The notes under the pieces are model-generated. The model saw nothing but the letters and a program-made list of their open reading frames with translations, ran no database searches and had not been told where the DNA came from. A stretch of 64,000 nt of DNA from Candidatus Saccharimonadota bacterium. Its GTDB lineage: Bacteria > Patescibacteriota > Saccharimonadia > CAILAD01 > BJGX01. The stretch lies in NCBI GenBank assembly GCA_016191105.1, contig JACPPH010000004.1:65230-129229 (forward strand), written 5' to 3'. Positions 38,793 through 47,333 of this stretch are shown here, in pieces. Positions within the stretch are counted from its first letter, which is position 1, and each line of letters starts with the position of its first letter. Position numbers and translations under genes: made by a program.

Positions 38793-39358
38793 AGCGCTTT
38801 TATAATGACATTAGCCATCTTGCTGGTGGGCCATTCTCCGTTGACAACAATGTCTGCCAGTTTGCTTTGTGGCTGAACATAGTTTCTGTGTCCGGGGATT
38901 AGCCTTTTATTGATGTACTCAGGCAGATCCCACCGGCTAACACCGTCTGATCTGTCAAGCCTTCGTTGAACAATCTGCTCTTCTGGCAAATCAATAAACA
39001 CTTTTTTGTCAAAGAGCTTTACAGCGGCCGGATCGTAGAAGATTAAAAAGCCTTCTATAAAAGTGAATTTATTTGGATCAAGCTGTTTACTGGTTACCCC
39101 AGAGGCAGTGCTCTCCCTAGATTTGGTCCGCAGATGTATAGTCTTTCCTTGCCTTAGACTTTTTAGGTCGGTTATAAATTCATCGTAACGATAGAGAGAG
39201 GGATTTTCCCAATCTTCAACAACTTCTGGTAAGTTTTCTTCACCAACGAAGTAATCATCAAACGACAGGCCGGAGAATTCATCGCCGAGTCGCTTTTGAA
39301 TTTCTTCAATTAGTGTAGTTTTGCCACTACAGCTGCCACCAGCAATTCCGATAATCAT
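38789..39358 (-). CDS. Uridine kinase-like P-loop nucleoside kinase
   Basis: N-terminal IIGIAGGSCSGKTTL Walker A. Udk-like length. Confidence 0.65.
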   Translation of the reverse strand: MIIGIAGGSCSGKTTLIEEIQKRLGDEFSGLSFDDYFVGEENLPEVVEDWENPSLYRYDEFITDLKSLRQGKTIHLRTKSRESTASGVTSKQLDPNKFTFIEGFLIFYDPAAVKLFDKKVFIDLPEEQIVQRRLDRSDGVSRWDLPEYINKRLIPGHRNYVQPQSKLADIVVNGEWPTSKMANVIIKAL

Positions 39359-39918
39359 TTGCCTAGTTTCTGTTTTAGCACTCTTAGCAACTCTGGAAAT
39401 TCTTTTTTATCCTTGTCATAACCAAAGTGTCCTTGATCACTAAACTCGTGATATTCAGAGCCGAGTCTGTCTTTTATGAATCTAGCTTCTTCGATCGGTA
39501 TCCAAGGGTCGTCGGTAGAGGCGAATACTACAGCCCACTTTTGATTATCTTTAATTGCTTTCCAGCCCCAAGGCTGATCAAAGTAGCCACTCTTCTTCTC
39601 GGTCTCATCGCCCAGATCGGTGTAGTAGCCACCAACTAATATTGATCCTAACAGCTTGCTGTTTTCGGCATACTTCAGAGCCGCTATTGCTCCAGTTGAA
39701 TGACCAACTAGTATGGTATTTTCATCTGCACTAAGCTTATCTTTTAAATATGGAATCCAGTATTTAGCTCTGCCCAGTTCAGAATCAGGCATATCTGGGG
39801 CTAAGCATTTAACATTTAGCTTTTCTAGCTCGCCTTTAAGCCATGGCAGCCAATTGTCTGAGCCTTTGCCGCCACCATTGCCGTGCAGCAGAATCACTTT
39901 TACGTCTTTCATGTTCAC
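39355..39918 (-). CDS. Alpha/beta hydrolase (YdeN/RBBP9-like serine hydrolase)
   Basis: GHSTG nucleophile elbow. ~190 aa. Confidence 0.65.
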   Translation of the reverse strand: MNMKDVKVILLHGNGGGKGSDNWLPWLKGELEKLNVKCLAPDMPDSELGRAKYWIPYLKDKLSADENTILVGHSTGAIAALKYAENSKLLGSILVGGYYTDLGDETEKKSGYFDQPWGWKAIKDNQKWAVVFASTDDPWIPIEEARFIKDRLGSEYHEFSDQGHFGYDKDKKEFPELLRVLKQKLGK

Positions 39919-40045
39919 AATTATACCAAACCTGGTGATACAATAAAATTATGGAAATAAGATTGGCCGACAGCTCAGACACAAAACAACTAGGTGAAAT
40001 GCGTTGGGATTTTCAGATCGAAGAGCCAACTGAAACTGTTTCTAG

Positions 40046-40128
40046 TGGTAAAAACCCTTAGGGGCGTATTGTTTGTAAATGTTCCTACCAGGCATGAAGC
40101 CCATTCTAAGGGTACGACCCTTAGAATA
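40046..40128 (-). mobile_element. Solo left-end remnant of the IS200/IS605-like element (includes the first ~17 codons of tnpA and the LE hairpin)
   Basis: ~85% identical to 29181-29276. The reading frame is broken after MGFMPGRNIYKQYAPKGFYH*. Confidence 0.6.
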
Positions 40129-40457
40129 CAAATTGGTTCGGCGCAATTGTAGCGCTTGGATTGGTGTACATACCACCGTACCAAACTACAGGCTACTCAC
40201 CTTGCTGTTGGGGCATAGGGTGATTTAGTATATGACATAGGTGTCTTGTCTCCCTGTTTATTAGTCATTTACAAGTCTGATAGACACCCGTTTTTGTTGC
40301 TAAGCTAGTGAACCCATTACAGTAGTGTTGACCCGGACCTGATTACCAAGTATAATTACATGGTTTTAAAAGCTAATTGACCTTTTTACTAAAGCATAAA
40401 TACAAACAGACTTTAGTGAAGCTCGCAACAAGCGAGGGATCCAAAGAAAGGAAATAA

Positions 40458-40850
40458 ATGAGACAATACGAAGTAGCAATTTTGCTACACCCCGATCTAG
40501 AGATCGACATAGAGTCGGCCACCTCTAAGATCGAAAAGATCCTGACTGCCAATGGTGGCAAGATCGTAAAAAAAGACAACTGGGGCAAGCGTAAGCTAGC
40601 CTATAAGATCAAAAAACAGGAGTGGGGAATTTATGTGTTCTACACTGTAGAACTACCGACCGAGGCTCCACAAAAGATCACCAACACCCTGCGAATTACC
40701 GAAGAGGTAATGCGCTATCTTGTGGTAAGTTTAGAGCGAATTCGCTACGTAAATAAGCCAACCGAGGGTGCTAAAAAAGAAGCTCCCAAGGATAAAACCG
40801 AAAAGGCTGCGGCTGAAGAAGGCGAAAAAGAAGAGAAAGGGGAAGAGTAA
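40458..40850 (+). CDS. rpsF: 30S ribosomal protein S6 (acidic C-terminal tail)
   Basis: MRQYEVAILLHPDL is a typical S6 N-terminus. A stem-loop (gctcgc-aacaa-gcgagg) sits in the leader. Confidence 0.9.
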   Translation: MRQYEVAILLHPDLEIDIESATSKIEKILTANGGKIVKKDNWGKRKLAYKIKKQEWGIYVFYTVELPTEAPQKITNTLRITEEVMRYLVVSLERIRYVNKPTEGAKKEAPKDKTEKAAAEEGEKEEKGEE

Positions 40851-41329
40851 TGGCCAAAGATTTTAACCAAGCAATTGTAATGGGCAATTTAACCCGTGAC
40901 CCGGAACTGCGCACCACACCGAGCGGACAATCTGTCGCTAGTTTTGCTGTAGCCACCAACCGTAGTTGGCAAGACCCCAGCGGTGAACGTAAAGATGCTG
41001 TGGAGTATCACGACATTGTAGCCTGGGGTAAATTAGGTGAACTGGCTAGCAGCTACCTACAAAAGGGCCGCAAAGTGCTGGTAGTAGGCCGCTTGCAAAC
41101 CCGCAGCTGGGAAGGCAACGACGGTGTTAAGCGCCAAAAAACTGAGATTGTTGCAACTGATATCAACTTTGTGGATCGCATGAACGCTGGTGGCGACGCC
41201 GGTAGCGATGCTGGTTTTAACCAAGACCCAGATGCTCAAGCACCAGCAAAACCAGCTACCAAAAAAGACGGCGTAAAAATCGAAGACATGGGTGACGGCG
41301 ATATTAACCTAGACGACATTCCGTTTTAA
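40850..41329 (+). CDS. ssb: Single-stranded DNA-binding protein
   Basis: OB-fold N-terminus; C-terminal acidic tail DDIPF. Confidence 0.9.
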   Translation: MAKDFNQAIVMGNLTRDPELRTTPSGQSVASFAVATNRSWQDPSGERKDAVEYHDIVAWGKLGELASSYLQKGRKVLVVGRLQTRSWEGNDGVKRQKTEIVATDINFVDRMNAGGDAGSDAGFNQDPDAQAPAKPATKKDGVKIEDMGDGDINLDDIPF

Positions 41330-41335
41330 GGACTT

Positions 41336-41557
41336 ATGATGGCAGAATTCTACAAAAGCAAGCAAAATAAGTTTTACGCCGAAAAGCTCGAATACATCGA
41401 CTACAAAGATGTTAAGACTTTGCAGCGCTATCTAAATAGTGTTGGCAAAATCGAAGGTCGCAAGCGCACTGGTGCTAGCATGAAGCACCAACGACAGTTG
41501 GCAAAAGCACTCAAGCGGGCAAGACATATGGCTCTTTTACCGTTCGTGGTACGCTAG
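41336..41557 (+). CDS. rpsR: 30S ribosomal protein S18
   Basis: Typical S18 sequence in the rpsF-ssb-rpsR arrangement. Confidence 0.9.
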   Translation: MMAEFYKSKQNKFYAEKLEYIDYKDVKTLQRYLNSVGKIEGRKRTGASMKHQRQLAKALKRARHMALLPFVVR

Positions 41558-41636
41558 CATGCATACTGTTCGAACAGAGTGAGAACTATAGTTCTCGGCA
41601 AGCCTCGAACAATAAAGCTTACGGAGACAATTTACT

Positions 41637-42197
41637 ATGTATGGCCCAACTGACCTACGAAAAGAAACCTTAATTGAACTCGATGGCGCGCCCTACCGGG
41701 TGGTTGAATATGCTCAAAAACAGATGGGCCGCGGTGGTTCGACCGTTAACACTAAGATCAAAAATCTCATTACTGGCCAGGTTTTGGATCGCACATTCAA
41801 GAATGATGAACGCGTTAAACCAGCAGAAATCGATCACAAAACCGTACAGTATTTGTACCGCAGCGGTGATAAATTGAACTTTATGGATATGAGCAGTTAC
41901 GAAACGCTTGAGATTGAACAACAAATTGACTCTAATATCCCCAAGTACTTAAATGAAGGCTCAGAAATAGAAGCCCTGATTTTCAACGGCCAAACCATTG
42001 GTTTTGATTGGCCCAAGAACGTAGTGCTCAAAGTTGTATCAGCTCCAGGTGGTGATAAAGGCAATAGCGCCAGCGCCACCACCAAAGAGGTGGAGTTAGA
42101 AACAGGGCTAAAAGTACAGGCTCCACAGTTTATAAGGGTTGGTGACACGGTAAAAGTCGACACCCGCACTGGTCAATACCTAGAGCGCGCTAAATAG
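41637..42197 (+). CDS. efp: Elongation factor P
   Basis: 186 aa; KPGKG-like loop region (GRGGSTVNTKIKNLITGQ) and three OB domains. Confidence 0.9.
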   Translation: MYGPTDLRKETLIELDGAPYRVVEYAQKQMGRGGSTVNTKIKNLITGQVLDRTFKNDERVKPAEIDHKTVQYLYRSGDKLNFMDMSSYETLEIEQQIDSNIPKYLNEGSEIEALIFNGQTIGFDWPKNVVLKVVSAPGGDKGNSASATTKEVELETGLKVQAPQFIRVGDTVKVDTRTGQYLERAK

Positions 42198-42199
42198 TC

Positions 42200-42928
42200 T
42201 TATACGGCCGGCAAAAAACCAGCCCTACTCCAGTTCCACAATACGGGGTGCATCTGCACAGGCGTAACGTCACTGTCTTTCAATAGCTCCCTCCATGCCG
42301 CAATTACTTCCTCTTGATTTGCACCCTCTGGCACCAAGCCAAGCTCAATACTCGACTGGATTATGTGTGTATCTGGAATAATCGAAATCTCATACGGGTT
42401 TAACCACTTAACGTCTGTGTATTGCGAAAGTATGTATGGCCAATAGTTTGAGAGTTTTGGGCCAGACAGGTATGGAAATGATTTCTTCTTAGTAACTTGA
42501 AGTATTTCTAGAAGTTTCAAAATATCATTTTGTGCTTGCCCAATTATCATTCTTGGGTCATCATCGAACTCGCCGTGAAGAGTTGCGGCAATCGTGGTCC
42601 AAATGAGAGTGTGCTTGTTAGGCTGGAGCGCAAGTCGATGCTTGCCTAGGTCAGCCTGAATTTTTTTGTAAGTAGTTTTTGCTAACTTCTCGGGGAAATA
42701 TAGATAATTAGTGGTTGGATCATCCCAGGTAGCGAGGGCCGACTTCCACATCGCAGGACTATTGCGCTGAAAGTTAATGCAGGCAGGAAGGGTAAAGTAT
42801 AGGTAGTTTTCTCGACTCCCACGACCCAACCTGGGATTAACCTCATGCTGGGCCAGAGTAGGGATGTCTCCTTCGGTATAATGCTGTAGAAGCCTCTTAA
42901 CTCGTTTTAGTTGCTCAGCAGCATCCAT
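42200..42928 (-). CDS. Hypothetical protein (242 aa)
   Basis: ORF only. No confident motif. Confidence 0.4.
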   Translation of the reverse strand: MDAAEQLKRVKRLLQHYTEGDIPTLAQHEVNPRLGRGSRENYLYFTLPACINFQRNSPAMWKSALATWDDPTTNYLYFPEKLAKTTYKKIQADLGKHRLALQPNKHTLIWTTIAATLHGEFDDDPRMIIGQAQNDILKLLEILQVTKKKSFPYLSGPKLSNYWPYILSQYTDVKWLNPYEISIIPDTHIIQSSIELGLVPEGANQEEVIAAWRELLKDSDVTPVQMHPVLWNWSRAGFLPAV

Positions 42929-44014
42929 TTAACTATGCCTAATTACTACAATATCACCATCTTGCATGGTGTAGTCCTTGCCTTCTAAACGGACTTTGCC
43001 AGATTCCTTGGCGCCGGCCCAACCACGGCCAGCCACAAAATCTTCATAGGTTACAACCTCGGCTTTAATAAAGTTTTTCTCGAAATCACCATGAATTACT
43101 CCAGCCGCCTGTGGCGCCGTGTAGCCAGCTCGCATAACCCAACCACGGGTTTCTTTGGGCCCAGTGGTAAAGAATGTTTCGAAGCCTAGAGTTTGGTAGC
43201 CGAGACGAATTAGGCTTTCTAGGCCCGACTCGGTTTGACCTAAACCGGCGAGCAGTTCTTTGGCTTCAATTTCTGATAAATCTTGCAGTTCAGCTTCAAC
43301 CTTGGCACACAAAAACACTGCAGGGCAGGGGCTAACAATTGCTTCCAGCTCTTTTTTGAGTTGCTCGTTACCAAGTTGTGTTTCATCTAAATTAAAGACG
43401 ATTATGAATGGCTTGGCGGTTAAAAGCTGCATGTCGTGTAAATCATGCATTTCTTCAGCAGACAAGAATGATCCGGCGAGCTTAGCTTCATCTAACCCGG
43501 CCTTAGTTTTTTCGAGTAAGGCCTTGAGTGGTGCCAGCTTTGGGTCGGCTTTGAGCTCGGACTTTATTCGCTCTAGGCGACTTTCGACAGTAGTCAAATC
43601 TGCCAAAATTAACTCAGCATTTATAGTTTCGATGTCAGCCTTAGGGTCAGTCTTATTTTCGACATGAGTTATTAGAGGGTCTTCAAAAGCTCTCACAACC
43701 TGCACAATGGCGTTGCATTCTCGTATATGGCTTAAGAATTTGTTGCCCAGGCCTTCACCCCGGCTGGCGCCACTAACAATGCCAGCGATGTCTACAAACG
43801 TACAGCTAGCAGGAATAGTTTGGGCTGAGCTTGAAATCTCGGCTAGCTTTTGCAAACGCGTATCTGGCACATTAACCACGCCTACGTTCGGCTCAATAGT
43901 GGCAAAAGGGTAGTTCGCGGCCAATACTTGGTTTTTGGTGAGGGCATTAAAGAGAGTGGATTTACCCACATTGGGCAGGCCCACAATGCCAATCGAAAGA
44001 CTCATAAGTTGCAA
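42929..44014 (-). CDS. ychF: Ribosome-binding ATPase YchF
   Basis: G1 GLPNVGKST, TGS-like C-terminus, 361 aa. Confidence 0.9.
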   Translation of the reverse strand: MQLMSLSIGIVGLPNVGKSTLFNALTKNQVLAANYPFATIEPNVGVVNVPDTRLQKLAEISSSAQTIPASCTFVDIAGIVSGASRGEGLGNKFLSHIRECNAIVQVVRAFEDPLITHVENKTDPKADIETINAELILADLTTVESRLERIKSELKADPKLAPLKALLEKTKAGLDEAKLAGSFLSAEEMHDLHDMQLLTAKPFIIVFNLDETQLGNEQLKKELEAIVSPCPAVFLCAKVEAELQDLSEIEAKELLAGLGQTESGLESLIRLGYQTLGFETFFTTGPKETRGWVMRAGYTAPQAAGVIHGDFEKNFIKAEVVTYEDFVAGRGWAGAKESGKVRLEGKDYTMQDGDIVVIRHS

Positions 44015-44190
44015 TTATAACAAATTAACAGGCATAATTCCAGATACAGCAGTCGACAAATAGCATACAAATATGTTATTATCTATTTCTCTTTGTTCCT
44101 ACTAGATCGGGGGATGCGTATGAAGAAGACGCTATTGTTAGTGGGTGCTTCAGTTGTGATCATGACTGGTGGTGTGGCAGCCGCCAGTTC
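43985..44190 (+). repeat. Copy A of a ~210-bp duplicated module (ychF 5' end, promoter, RBS, signal-peptide codons)
   Basis: Nearly identical to 45955-46170. Confidence 0.8.
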
Positions 44191-44374
44191 AAGTCTCGAT
44201 GCAAATACTGATATCGCAAAAGTCTTTCTCTTTAAAATTCTACCAAAAAAGATAGTGGATGATGACGATCGATGGCCAGAGTTGAAAGAAGCAGTGGATG
44301 CTTTAAGTCCATTAATAATTGGTTTGTATGATGTTTATATGAATGAGTTTGACAAATATCATTTGGCAACTTAA
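44120..44374 (+). CDS. Small secreted protein (signal peptide MKKTLLLVGASVVIMTGGVAAASS) with an AT-rich payload
   Basis: Start placed at the MKKT ATG after GGGGGATGCGT. Shares the first 27 residues with the 46101-46712 protein. Confidence 0.4.
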   Translation: MKKTLLLVGASVVIMTGGVAAASSSLDANTDIAKVFLFKILPKKIVDDDDRWPELKEAVDALSPLIIGLYDVYMNEFDKYHLAT

Positions 44375-44645
44375 AGAAAGTCTAATAATGAATCCTCTAG
44401 ATAACTTAGAAGAAAAACGACATGATCAGTTTAATATACAAACAAATCAGCTACTTGGTCAGATTGAAGAGTACCTTGTTAATGAAGGTGTAGAGCAGTA
44501 TGAACCTCGCTATACTAGTATCCGCAAAAAACCAAATGCAAAGATGCTAGGAATATGCCTAACGAGCAAGTGTTGGAATTAATAAACCAGTTGCGAGAAT
44601 TGGCTTGCTTTTTATACGATCGTTACCAAGCTAGTAAGCTAAAAA

Positions 44646-45692
44646 CTAGGTAGTCTCGGTTCGATCTACCATAAACTTTACTGCTTCGTTCATATTGATC
44701 GGAACTATCTCGATATCGGGATGCTTGGCGTGAAAAACTCTAAATATCTCATCAGAAAAAGCTTGTCCAACGGTTGGGACATGCTTAAAGTCTAAGATTA
44801 TACGCCTAAACTTATTTAGACCAGCTAGCAGACGCCTTGCTTGCGAACGAGAAACATATATTGTCCGCATAGTGTAAAGCTTAATTTTGATTTCTGTTTG
44901 GTCGAAAGCTGGCTCCTCAGGGTCTACTTGGTAATTAGAGAATACACTACTTAAGTGTAACTTTGTTTTTACATTTATATTAAACATAACTTCAGTTCCT
45001 CGGAGATCTGGCTTAGATTCCTCCACAAAAACATCCTGAATTCTATTATCTATTCTTAATTTGTAACCAAAACTTTCCAGAGTAAATAAATCTCCAATCT
45101 TTGATGTAAAGAATATGCCTTCTCCAGAATGAGCCTTGGGAGCAGTAGTTGTTTTTCCTTTCAATAAGTCTTGTATCGCCTCAATCTCAGACTTTAAGTT
45201 TCTTTTCTTCATTACATTGCGAAAAACACCTATACCAAAGTCACGTACAACAAACGTAAGAATATCTTTTTCCTGGCTAATTTCAATCTCAATATACTTA
45301 GTTTTCGAGTGCTCAATAGCATTATTTAGCATTTCTGAAAATGCATAAGCAAAAATGCTCTGTACATTTTCTAGGAGATTATTTAAGAATGGTTTTTCTT
45401 TTTTAATCCCATCTAGTACTTCGTATTCTTCCAGCTCTTTATTCACCAGTCTTTTTTTAATTCGTTTGCCCAATGCATCGGCATACTGAGGAAGCGCATA
45501 GACCGACCACCTGCCACTTCCTTCTCTTACTAGAGTACCGTCTTTAACCATGCTATTCACGACTGTACTTACATAAGATCTCGCATAGGGTTTTTGTGTA
45601 TGTTCGCGCAACGCTTTAATGACATCAACTGTCTTAAATTGCTTCTTCTCCCTGGCTATTTTTAAAATGGTTTCTTTAATCATAATGCTCAT
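44646..45692 (-). CDS. wHTH, GHKL-type ATPase (HATPase_c), STAS-like three-domain protein
   Basis: N-box EMLNNAIEHS, G1 VRDFGIGV, G2-like HSGEGIFF, C-terminal STAS/DUF4325-like region. Located in an AT-rich island. Confidence 0.65.
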   Translation of the reverse strand: MSIMIKETILKIAREKKQFKTVDVIKALREHTQKPYARSYVSTVVNSMVKDGTLVREGSGRWSVYALPQYADALGKRIKKRLVNKELEEYEVLDGIKKEKPFLNNLLENVQSIFAYAFSEMLNNAIEHSKTKYIEIEISQEKDILTFVVRDFGIGVFRNVMKKRNLKSEIEAIQDLLKGKTTTAPKAHSGEGIFFTSKIGDLFTLESFGYKLRIDNRIQDVFVEESKPDLRGTEVMFNINVKTKLHLSSVFSNYQVDPEEPAFDQTEIKIKLYTMRTIYVSRSQARRLLAGLNKFRRIILDFKHVPTVGQAFSDEIFRVFHAKHPDIEIVPINMNEAVKFMVDRTETT

Positions 45693-45719
45693 CTTAATTT
45701 ATATGTTAGGTACTATATC

Positions 45720-45835
45720 ACTCTATGTCAGGCTGTATGTCAAGTACTTTATAATTCTATGTTATATTATCTGTTAAACACTAGTTTTATGGCTATGTTA
45801 GTAAGTAAAAGTGCTATGTAAGATTCTATGTCAAG
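45720..45835. repeat. Array of six CTATGT(C/T)A direct repeats upstream of the GHKL-ATPase gene
   Basis: Copies at 45723, 45734 (GTATGT), 45757, 45792, 45813 and 45826. Confidence 0.6.
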
Positions 45836-45954
45836 TTTTAGTTAGATAAATGACTATATCAATTAAAGGAGTATTTTTTAATAAATTCGTTGGAATATCC
45901 ACGCTTACCTTGATCGGGGAGTGGCATCTTGAATGTCAGCTTGAATGGTATGGT

Positions 45955-46170
45955 TACAGCCTGACTATGCCAATCGAAAGACTCATAAGTTGCAATTATA
46001 ACAAATTAACAGGCATAATTCCAGATACAGCAGTTGACAGATAGCATACAAATATGTTATTATCTATTTCTCTTTGTTCCTACTAGATCGGGGGATGCGT
46101 ATGAAGAAGACGCTATTGTTAGTGGGTGCTGCAGCTGTGATCATGACTGGTGGTGTGGCAGCCGCCAGTT
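45955..46170 (+). repeat. Copy B of the duplicated promoter/signal-peptide module
   Basis: See 43985-44190. Confidence 0.8.
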
Positions 46171-46712
46171 CGCAGGTTCCATACCCGCAGCCGCCAGACT
46201 TCCCAACGCCGCTCGGCTGCTACGACACCACCCAAGGGCCCGATGGGCCTCAAGTGGGGTCTACCTGGGTGGCAACCATCACCACATCGCCAGCTCAACC
46301 GCCTTTCGATACCCACATCACCGTCGTGGCGGGCCAGGGGTACTGGCTGATGCAGGTCAGGGGCGGTTGGTTCAACCCGGATCAGACGGCTGGTGGCTTC
46401 GTCTGGAACAACCCGGATGGCTTCAACAACACCACGTACGAAACCAACGGCTATGGTGCTGGTTTCGGGGTGGTGGCTGTGGCTTGTCCATGGCCGTGCC
46501 TGGGGGCGCCACCATTGCCCACCACCAGCACGTTGCCAGAGCCGTACTGCGCGGCTCCGCCAACCACGCACCTGAGCTTGCCGTCGGCATCGGTCAGTCT
46601 GGCCACTACCAGCACGACCACCACCACAGTGAGCTTAGCCAGCACCGAATCATCCACCACAGCTCAGCCGGCCACGCAGGCCGTGGTGGCAACGCCACGC
46701 TTTACCGGCTGA
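46101..46712 (+). CDS. Chimeric secreted protein: low-GC signal peptide fused at ~46170 to a high-GC Pro/Thr/Gly-rich payload
   Basis: The composition switch coincides exactly with the end of the duplicated module. A perfect terminator hairpin lies at 46725-46770. Confidence 0.5.
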   Translation: MKKTLLLVGAAAVIMTGGVAAASSQVPYPQPPDFPTPLGCYDTTQGPDGPQVGSTWVATITTSPAQPPFDTHITVVAGQGYWLMQVRGGWFNPDQTAGGFVWNNPDGFNNTTYETNGYGAGFGVVAVACPWPCLGAPPLPTTSTLPEPYCAAPPTTHLSLPSASVSLATTSTTTTTVSLASTESSTTAQPATQAVVATPRFTG

Positions 46713-46820
46713 AGCACCATATTGCTCCACGGGAAGGGGGTTTGCCCCTTCCCGTGGAGCCGTTTTGTTTATTGACTTGTTATCTTCAGCCGATCGCCTA
46801 TAATAAAAAGCGTAACTATT

Positions 46821-47333
46821 ATGGGTGAAATTTCTAAATCCCACAGCGAGGTAGAGAAGAAAAAATCTACAAACAAAAAATTTTTGATTGTAGTAATCGT
46901 TTTAATTTTGCTTGTATTGCTGACTGCACTTGGCGGCTGGTATTGGTATACGCAAAATAAAAACCAAGCTTCTGGGCAAGGCTGTTCTAGCACAGCCAGT
47001 AAAAGTCTATTGCAGCAAGCTATTAGTGATATCGGCAATGGCCAAGGCTTAAAGCCCCTAGCAGACAAGATTACCCAGCTCAAAAATTTCCAGAATGATC
47101 CGAACTGCGTGTACATACTTGTGGCCTACTATAGCCAGAATAACGATGCCGCCAATACCCAGAAATACGCTCAAATACTGCATAGTTTTCCGTCAAATAA
47201 ACAGCCCTCAGATTTATTAGTAAAAAGCACCAACGATAAATTACAGGCATTAAAATCTAATATCGACTTTTTGATAAATTTTAACACTCAGTCTGTCAAG
47301 AATTTTGTTGGCACAGGGACTCCGCAGAAATGA
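46821..47333 (+). CDS. Single-pass membrane protein (170 aa)
   Basis: One TM helix (FLIVVIVLILLVLLTALGGWYWY). Stop overlaps the start of the downstream gene. Confidence 0.5.
   Translation: MGEISKSHSEVEKKKSTNKKFLIVVIVLILLVLLTALGGWYWYTQNKNQASGQGCSSTASKSLLQQAISDIGNGQGLKPLADKITQLKNFQNDPNCVYILVAYYSQNNDAANTQKYAQILHSFPSNKQPSDLLVKSTNDKLQALKSNIDFLINFNTQSVKNFVGTGTPQK

Noticed and set aside
44343-44582. 79-aa ORF in the AT-rich island
   Set aside because: No RBS. It overlaps the 3' end of the small secreted gene. AT-rich DNA readily yields such frames.
45720-45835. Possible CRISPR array (CTATGT repeats)
   Set aside because: The repeat unit is only 6-8 nt with irregular 5-30 nt spacing and there are no cas genes. 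It fits an operator or iteron array, not CRISPR.
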